NCBI RefSeq assembly: GCF_006345805.1
Contig: NW_021832914.1
Coordinates: forward strand, 1-29,480
Direction of reading: 5' to 3'
Origin: Octopus sinensis
Lineage: Eukaryota
DNA length: 29,480 bases
The notes beneath the pieces were generated by a model. The model saw only the letters and a list, made by a program, of their open reading frames with translations. It searched no databases and was not told the DNA's origin. Of this stretch, positions 22,498 to 29,480 are shown in pieces (position 1 is the first letter of the stretch; every line of letters starts with the position of its first letter). A program made the translations under genes and the position numbers.

Positions 22498-22889
22498 TTT
22501 CACTCTCTCCAACAGCTCTCTTCTCTGTTGATTCCCTTCTACATCAGGCTATTTCCAGTGGCGACACCACCTTGTAAAATGCTCCTCGTGCCAAAACAGA
22601 AACTGAAGAGTGAACCCAGAACGCAATGATAAAGACCCTATCTCACTCAGCATCCCTGTTCATGTTACAACAATTCTGTCAAACGACCATTTTGCTTTGA
22701 TATCATGTTTATCGAGCTTAAAACCATGAAAGGCAAAGTAAACCTCGGCGGGAATTGAACCCAGGCACCTGGAACAAACCTTCTACTCGCTTTCCGTCCG
22801 CATCACTCGTGGATTTCGACCCCAGCTCGTAATCACATTAGGGCTTTCATTAGAGTTTTTATGGCTAAAGTCTTGGACCAGCTACACAG

Positions 22890-23146
22890 TTTCTTCTTAG
22901 TTACCTTCTCGAATCATACCGACTCATAAGGGCCAGTTTCCCGGTTTCCATGGCGTAAATATTCCCCACCTGGAAGGAACACCGGTCCATCACAGGATTA
23001 CTCATTTTTGCCAGCTGGGTGGACTGGAGCAGCATGAAATTAAGTGTTTTGCTCAAGAACACAACGCGTTGCTCAGTCCAGGAATCGAAATCACAATCTT
23101 ATGATCATGCGTCCAACACCTTAACCACTAAGCCACGCACCTCCAC
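22890..23146 (-). mobile_element. tRNA-derived SINE (family D): C-type head with a different body
   Basis: Minus strand: A-box GTGGCTTAGTGG, B-box-like TTTCGATTCC, and ttgtgttcttgagcaaaacact shared with 3797-3820. The body gatggaccggtgttccttccaggtgggg...ggaaaccggg resembles V/Meta-type SINE bodies (recall). Confidence 0.85.
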
Positions 23147-23207
23147 AAACTACACGATCTGCCAAACAACGTGAAGGTTATTGAAGGTATTGCTCCAGCG
23201 CCCGGAG

Positions 23208-23345
23208 TTTCCGTCTGTCAAATCCAATCACAGAGCTTTGGTCGACCCGTGGCTATAATAGAAGCCTCCTGCTCAAGGTGCCACGCAGTGGGACTGAACT
23301 CGGAACCATGTGATTGGGAAGCAAGCTTCTTACCATACAGCCACG
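23208..23345 (-). mobile_element. Family B SINE 5' half
   Basis: Aligns with 11595-11735 (aaatccaatcacagagctttggtcg...aagcaagcttcttaccatacagccac). Confidence 0.85.
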
Positions 23346-23677
23346 ATTAAGATGTGCTGTGTACTGTAGAAGGATAACCAATTTATTGCACATAAGTTTT
23401 AACGATAAAATCTTATACGGAGCCCCAAGGGTCATGTGGATCCTGGTTCAGATTTTACTGTAACCAATTTTACTGTAATCAAATTTTTTCTTGTATTGCT
23501 TGGGGGAAAGAAGGAGCTAAGAGAATGGGTTGCTGAAAACTCGTTTAACTTTTTATACTTCTAGGAAGAATGGGAGGCAAGGTAGGAAAGGGGAGAGACA
23601 GAGGGAAAGAGAGAGAGAGACGGAAGGAAGAAGAAAGAGACAGAGAATGAAATGGGTCTTACTGCTTGATTTGGACC

Positions 23678-23852
23678 CAGGGCTGTAGCTATGGGTAAAG
23701 GGCGCCCAGGGCAAGCATCAAAAATGCCCCCACCACAACCCAAAAATTTTTTAAAGGCTTAATTAGAAAATGATCATGACTAAAATTGCGCTTACCTCAA
23801 AGTGGCGCCCAGGGTATATGCCCAGCTTGCCCCCACTCTAGCTACGTCCCTG
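23678..23852. mobile_element. Putative hAT-type MITE (175 bp)
   Basis: Ends CAGGGCTGTAGCTA and TAGCTACGTCCCTG form an inverted repeat (12/14). The 8-bp flanks TTTGGACC and TTTGTATC match at 6/8, consistent with a decayed 8-bp TSD. Confidence 0.7.
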
Positions 23853-24249
23853 TTTGTATCGTTGCAACTCTGAAAGGATAAAAGGCAACGTTAGTCATCG
23901 CGGGATTTCATCTCAGAGCAAAGAAAGAAGAAGAAAAAAAACGAATAACAAATAAAAAATGAAACAGTGAGGCCCCGAGACCTTCTGATCAACACTTTAA
24001 CGATCAGTCCAGTTCGCCGCCTACGTGTATTGAAAAAACTATGAATGTTAAAACTGATCATTAATTGTATCGATCTCATCAGTGTAGGCGGATCAATCCT
24101 TGTAATAAATATATATATAGATCCTCCCGCCCTGAACATATGACAGAAGCAGTTCTCTCCAACAATGTTTCCTCTTCTCTTCTCTTTTCTCTCCTCCTCT
24201 TTCTCTCAGTCCCCTTCCGTTCCGCTTAATCCTTACGTCACACACATGC

Positions 24250-24329
24250 GCATATTTATATATTATATATATTATATATATATATATATTATATATATTT
24301 ATGTATGTATGTATATTATATATTATATA

Positions 24330-24370
<41 letters not shown>

Positions 24371-24379
24371 ATGAATATA

Positions 24380-24435
<56 letters not shown>

Positions 24436-24675
24436 TATGTATGTATGTATGTATGTGTGTATTTACATATAAATACACATATATATTTATATTTATGTAT
24501 ATATGTGTGTATGTATATAGTGAGAGTGAGGAAGAGAGAGATGGTGAGACAGACAGACAGACAGACAGGCAGACAGGCTGGCAAACAGAGATGTTTTGGT
24601 GTATATGTATATATGCCACCTTCAATTCTGGTTACGGTACATAGCCACTATATTTATGGCTTTCTACAATCTATG

Positions 24676-24711
<36 letters not shown>

Positions 24712-24798
24712 GTATGTATGATATATATATATACATATATGATATATATATAATATATCCTACATACATACATACATGCATATATATATATATATATC

Positions 24799-24851
<53 letters not shown>

Positions 24852-24920
24852 ATATATATATATCATATACATTGTAGACATACATCTATATATTTACAGA
24901 AATCTATAATGGAGATTATG

Positions 24921-24951
<31 letters not shown>

Positions 24952-24960
24952 CATTATAGA
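24250..24960. repeat. (TA)n/(TATG)n/(GACA)n microsatellite cluster
   Basis: Direct reading of the sequence. Confidence 0.95.
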
Positions 24961-25331
24961 CATACATCTGCGTATTATATATAAATCTATAATCGAGATG
25001 GTGGTGGTTGTGATTGGATAGTGAAGAGTGTTTTCTTTTAATTGAACTAATTTTTTTTATATCACCTATCACCTATCACCTAATGCTTGCGCTAAAGTGC
25101 AATTCAGTGAAAAATTCGTGCTTATTTACGTGGAAGATATATGCAATTTAACTAAAGTTTGTATCATATGTACGGAATATTTTTTGTCGGAAAAATGGAA
25201 AAGCAAATGAGCGGCTATATTTCCATATGGACACAACACAGGCTACGATTTCAGCTTTTTGGGATAAAGTTTCCAGAAATATCCCAATAGGTTTACCATT
25301 AATTCCGTGAAATATTCACGGGTCCCACTAG

Positions 25332-25627
25332 TTCTTTTATTCTTTTACTTGTTTCAGCCATTTGACTGCGGCCATGCTGGAGCACCGCCTTTGGTCGAGC
25401 AAATCGACCCCAGGACTTATTCTTTGTAAGCCTAGCACTTATTTCTATCGGTCTCTTATGCCGAACCGCTAAGTTACGGGGACGTAAATAAACCAGCATC
25501 GGTTGTCAAGCAATGTTGGGGGACAAATACTGACACAAACATATACACACACATACACATATATATACATATATTCGACGGGCTTCTTTCAGTTTCCATC
25601 TATCAAATCCACTCACAAGGCTTTGAT
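25332..25627 (-). mobile_element. Family B SINE, 5'-truncated at the junction with a transposase fragment
   Basis: Reverse complement of 15220-15590, with a short internal microsatellite. Confidence 0.9.
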
Positions 25628-25937
25628 CTGTAATCGTATTGGTCCTGTCGTTCGTGAATGGCTAAATACCCACTTCCCCGGGGGGTGGATGGGTCGTTGT
25701 GGTCCGCATGAGTGGCCAGCCAGGAGTCCCGACGTAACATCCTGCTACTCCTTTCTTTGGGGTTGGTTAAAAGAATAATTCTGCGGAACCAAACCAAAGA
25801 CTCTGGAGGAACTTGAAGGGTGAATACTAGAAGTTAAGTCTTCCGTTCCATTAGAATTCCTGGTGAAATCAGTTGACGCAATTTCTGGGCAACTCAAGAA
25901 GCTGGTGGCGACATCTGGAGCCCATATCAAATTTTAA
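25628..25937 (+). pseudogene. Tc1/mariner-superfamily (maT/DD37D-like) transposase C-terminal fragment
   Basis: One frame: VVREWLNTHFPGGWMGRCGPHEWPARSPDVTSCYSFLWGWLKE*FCGTKPKTLEELEG*ILEVKSSVPLEFLVKSVDAISGQLKKLVATSGAHIKF*. It matches the WPARSPDLxPxDFxLWG motif, has two in-frame stops, and the catalytic D position reads Y. Confidence 0.88.
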
Positions 25938-26534
25938 ATAAAACTTTATACTAAAAGTTTGCCTCTCATATTCATTTCTTACAATAATAAATAATTTATA
26001 AGTATTTTAAAGCAAAAGACCTTTTGATCTTTGATGTACAGTAGTGGGGGCTTTGAGAAAGAAAGAATGAAGTTGTTACAAAAAACAGAAACAAACCTTT
26101 TAGTCAGGCGGTGATGTGGTAAGTAGTAACCCGTGCCAAATAAGTACCCGGAAACAAAATCACCTTCACCTGCTATTACGTGTAGGTATATTAAAAATGA
26201 GAGGGGGCTAACTTGTACCCGGGGGGCGTTGATAATGCAATAACGAACAGAAAAAGGATGGTGATTTTAAAATGTTTGACAAGCACTGCTGTAGAACCTT
26301 TTCTGCACATCAAATTCAAAATCTGTTTATATGAAAATGGTTGCTTCTCTGAAATCTCAGATCAGTTCGGATTCTTTCAAATTTCAAGTTGTCTATGGAA
26401 GAAGGTCATAATAACGATGAAAAAGAACAGTTAAAAAGGCCTTTTTAAAAAATATGTTCTGTAAGCATTCAGTTCTTTTTGTTAACTTTTATATCATACT
26501 TATTCATACATATATATATATATACACACAAACA

Positions 26535-26535
26535 C

Positions 26536-26624
<89 letters not shown>
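26535..26624. repeat. (GATA)n microsatellite
   Basis: Direct reading of the sequence. Confidence 0.97.
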
Positions 26625-26754
26625 TACCTGGATCAATTGATTTCAAATTTTGAGAGCTTACCTCCCTTAATTCTCGTCAGTAAGTCTCAGTATATCCCTC
26701 ACTATTTACCTAGGGTTAAAAACTTTGCTCGATTCGTTGTGCTTGGTAAACCGC

Positions 26755-26787
26755 TGAAAAGCTAGCGCCTTTGGCGCTAGCTTTTCA
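26755..26787. repeat. Perfect 15-bp GC-rich inverted repeat with a 3-nt loop
   Basis: TGAAAAGCTAGCGCC-TTT-GGCGCTAGCTTTTCA. Confidence 0.95.
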
Positions 26788-26790
26788 ACG

Positions 26791-26793
<3 letters not shown>

Positions 26794-26840
<47 letters not shown>

Positions 26841-27026
26841 GTGACGTAGGTATGTATATGTATATATATATATATAATATATGTATATATATATTATATA
26901 TATATATATGTATGTATAGGTATATTATATATGTATATGTATATATATATATATGTATATATATGTATGTATATGTATATATGCATGTATATATATATAT
27001 CGTATATATATATATATAATATATAT

Positions 27027-27059
<33 letters not shown>

Positions 27060-27149
27060 TATCGATATATCAACACACCCATATATACATAGACACACAC
27101 ACATACATACATACATACATCATACATACATACATACATACATACATAC

Positions 27150-27181
<32 letters not shown>

Positions 27182-27183
27182 CA
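26794..27183. repeat. (TA)n/(CATA)n microsatellite cluster
   Basis: Direct reading of the sequence. Confidence 0.95.
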
Positions 27184-27360
27184 TCAAAATTCAAAAGAAG
27201 GCCCTTCAAAGAGAATACTATTTCCCAGCTGGACAATTTTCTAGGGTTCGTGTTTAGTTATATTGATTCAGAAAGATTCTATTCTTTTCAACAATATTAT
27301 TTTAACCACGCCTTTACCAATTATTATAGATTTTTCTTATGCAGTTTCATAACACAAACA

Positions 27361-28745
27361 TATTATTATCACCATTATTATTATGACTACGATTTATTAT
27401 TATTGTAATCATTATTCTTTTGTTTTTGTTTTGCTTCAGTACTCTTATTTTTATTGTGCGCTGTCTCTGCACTACCAAACATAGCTCTGTGCGCTTTACG
27501 CAGATGCACAGTGCGCATGCGTTTTGTTTAGGTTTACTATCTTCTATTGTATAAAAAGTGATCATATGTGCATTGCCTAGTTGTGTTATCACCAGTATGT
27601 TGTGTATATTTGTAAGTCCTGTGGTTTGGGTTACATCATTATCTCTATGTTTTTTAATCATACCCAAGGCTCCTATTATTATAGAGATTTGTTTCAGTTT
27701 TCAGTAGTCTGTTTATCGCTATTTTCACATCTTTATATCTTGATAATTCCGCGCCCCCACCCTCATTTCTTTAAGAGATCTATTATTGCCTGTTGGGACT
27801 GATACTACGACTGAGGACATTTCCTTTCTTGGTGGTCCTTTAGAACAATGTCTGGTTAATTAGCATTGATCCCCGGGGTCTGTGTGGATTAGAATGTCTC
27901 AGAGTATGACCACTTTGTCATTCTTTCAAACTTATTCTCGTTTATGTTTTTACAATTCCTTTTCAGTTGATATTTCATGATGTTGACATCATTTCCTATG
28001 TATGAAAGCCTTCAATTCTTTCTCTGACCGTTAGAAGCAATTGTTTCTTCTCAATCGCCACATATTCTATCTTATCACCTGAACTAGAGTAGTGATACCT
28101 GTTACCTTGAGATTTTGTTTTTGCTTTGTTTAAATATGATTATAAGGAATCATATTCTTCTCTAATCTTTTAGTTTCTTGTTTTTCTTTTTTTTTTTCGT
28201 TTGTGTGTCTGTTGTGCACTGCCTAGTTCACTGATTCCTAATATTTGTAAGCCTGTGGCTGAACCAGTTTTCCTATCTCAGTTTCTTTATCGAACAATAT
28301 ATTAGGATTCTTAAATTTATTTGCCTCTTCTCAAGGTTTCCTTGGCGCATTTTTCATGCCCAAATGTCTTGCCAATTTATTTAACTCTGTGTACTGTCTG
28401 TTGTAGTGTTTCTAGCTGTGTATTATCGGCAGCGCACATTATCAGGTTATCCGTAGTATTTATATTCAATTCTATTCTAGTTTATCATTTTAGTTAAAGA
28501 AACTTTCACCACGCAGAAAAGCGAAAAGAAGACTTAGTTTTTATAATTCTCTCTTTCACCTCTAACTGCAGAATTGTTTGCCATTGACTCACGTGTTTTA
28601 TGTTTTATCATTGAAGCTACCTTACTTATGACTAATATTTTACAAATTCCACGTGCGGTAAGCCCTATTAAAAGCCGTCTATTAAGCAATCTATGCCATT
28701 CTCGGATTCTTCTTTCTCTCTCTCAAGTCATTACTTCCAGCAGTT
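27361..28745 (-). mobile_element. Degenerate, internally deleted R4/Dong-like non-LTR retrotransposon (RT plus REL remnants, 3'UTR, (AAT)-rich tail)
   Basis: Minus strand with stops and frameshifts: RMA*IA**TAFN (RT, cf. MAWIDYKKAFD); TDNLIMCAADNTQLETLQQTVHR..IGKTFGHEKCAK (cf. YMDDLKL...IGM.FG.EKCAK); YKY/GISE; NDKVVIL*DILIHTD..PDIVLKDHQERKC..VSVPT..LSRYKDV..GALGMIKKH (REL). Tail at 27361-27416. Confidence 0.88.
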
Positions 28746-28754
28746 ATTCGATGT

Positions 28755-29020
28755 TCTAGAAATAGCAACCAAACTGCATTCAAACCATACAATATAGTCT
28801 TCAGAAAACTACAAGTCTACATCGGTTAATTTTCTCCAAGACATCCCATGTCTAAAGTAAAGGATAAAATTGGATAACACATTGGATAACATTGGATAAC
28901 ATTGTCCTCGATATATAATGCCTGAAAATTTTCAGGATGATCATAGCTGAAACCGCCTATGGTCATAGGCCTACTTGATCAAGGCTGGCCTGGATCCAAG
29001 TAACAAAAATAACAACAAAT
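28755..29020 (+). mobile_element. Degenerate SINE-like 3' segment with an (AAC)-like tail and an internal 10-bp tandem repeat (ATTGGATAAC x ~3, 28870-28904)
   Basis: Loose alignment to the reverse complement of 12190-12316; family resemblance is from recall. Confidence 0.45.
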
Positions 29021-29480
29021 AAGATCTCAATTTGCTTACACACGCTCTCACAAAAACCAATCAGCTAATCTAGAAATGAACCAAACAGCTAACCAACCAC
29101 CCAGCAGGACAGCCATGTATTGTTGGTACCAAAGACTGTCGGTAGACGGCGGTGTTTGAGAGAGACTTAATTACGTTTATCCATCATTTTTGTTTGTACT
29201 CAACTGTCTGTTTGTTGTGTTGCGATGCTTTGACAGTTTGTTTGAATTTTAGCTTCTTTTCTGGAGCCACAACTCTGTATTTGCTGGTGTAACTGAAAAC
29301 GACCTTTTCATGGCGGGGAAGTAGAGTGGTTGTAGAGCGAACAGCAAGATGAGGAACGTTAAGAGAGAGAGGGAGAGAGAGACAAAGGGAGAGAAGGGAA
29401 GGAGAGTGAGATATGGGGGGAGGGCATTGATTTCGTGTCTATGCTCTATAGCTATCCATATAGATAGACAGATAGATAGA

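Noticed and set aside
22510-22577. Polypyrimidine tract plus CAG, then AISSGDTTL* as a terminal coding exon
   Set aside because: The whole region is pyrimidine-rich low-complexity sequence, so acceptor-like sites are expected by chance. No upstream exon is identifiable, and RNA-seq would be needed.
23060-23146. tRNA gene (also the heads at 926, 15111 and 18704)
   Set aside because: A/B-box-like motifs are present, but they run directly into SINE bodies and I cannot build a full cloverleaf. They are called SINE heads.
22705-23925. Very short family A remnants at about 22705-22800 and 23865-23925
   Set aside because: Probably real decayed SINE pieces (aaaggcaaagtaaacctcggcgggaattgaac), but too short and diverged to delimit as features.
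26215-26260. TACCCGGGGGGCGTTGATAATGC as a mariner TIR
   Set aside because: Only a loose resemblance to TACGAGGGGCGTT-type ends, with no partner TIR and no transposase motif in the adjacent ORF.

Overview
Eukaryotic, extremely microsatellite- and retroposon-rich non-coding DNA (intergenic or intronic). I found no host protein-coding exon, rRNA, true tRNA gene or CRISPR array. The SINE families and repeat landscape look like an octopus/coleoid cephalopod genome; this is recalled family resemblance, not a search result. Almost all long ORFs in the track are translations of di-, tri- or tetranucleotide repeats. The only real coding signal comes from transposon fossils: three Tc1/mariner transposase fragments, two non-LTR retrotransposon fragments with a restriction-like endonuclease (REL; R4/Dong-like), and RTE 3' ends. 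The most notable structures are: (i) an inverted Penelope-like pair carrying a recognisable minimal type I hammerhead ribozyme fold (6046-6091, minus), with other retroposon tails nested in its (AAT)n tract; (ii) a perfect 57-bp foldback inside an insert that interrupts a SINE; (iii) SINE 3' tails that match putative partner LINE ends in the same window; (iv) a SINE with an inverted 5' half that forms a 117-bp stem with its neighbour; and (v) a filled/empty insertion-site pair that reveals a 10-bp TSD. These are interesting mobile-element observations, but I cannot claim a wholly new biological system from this sequence alone.
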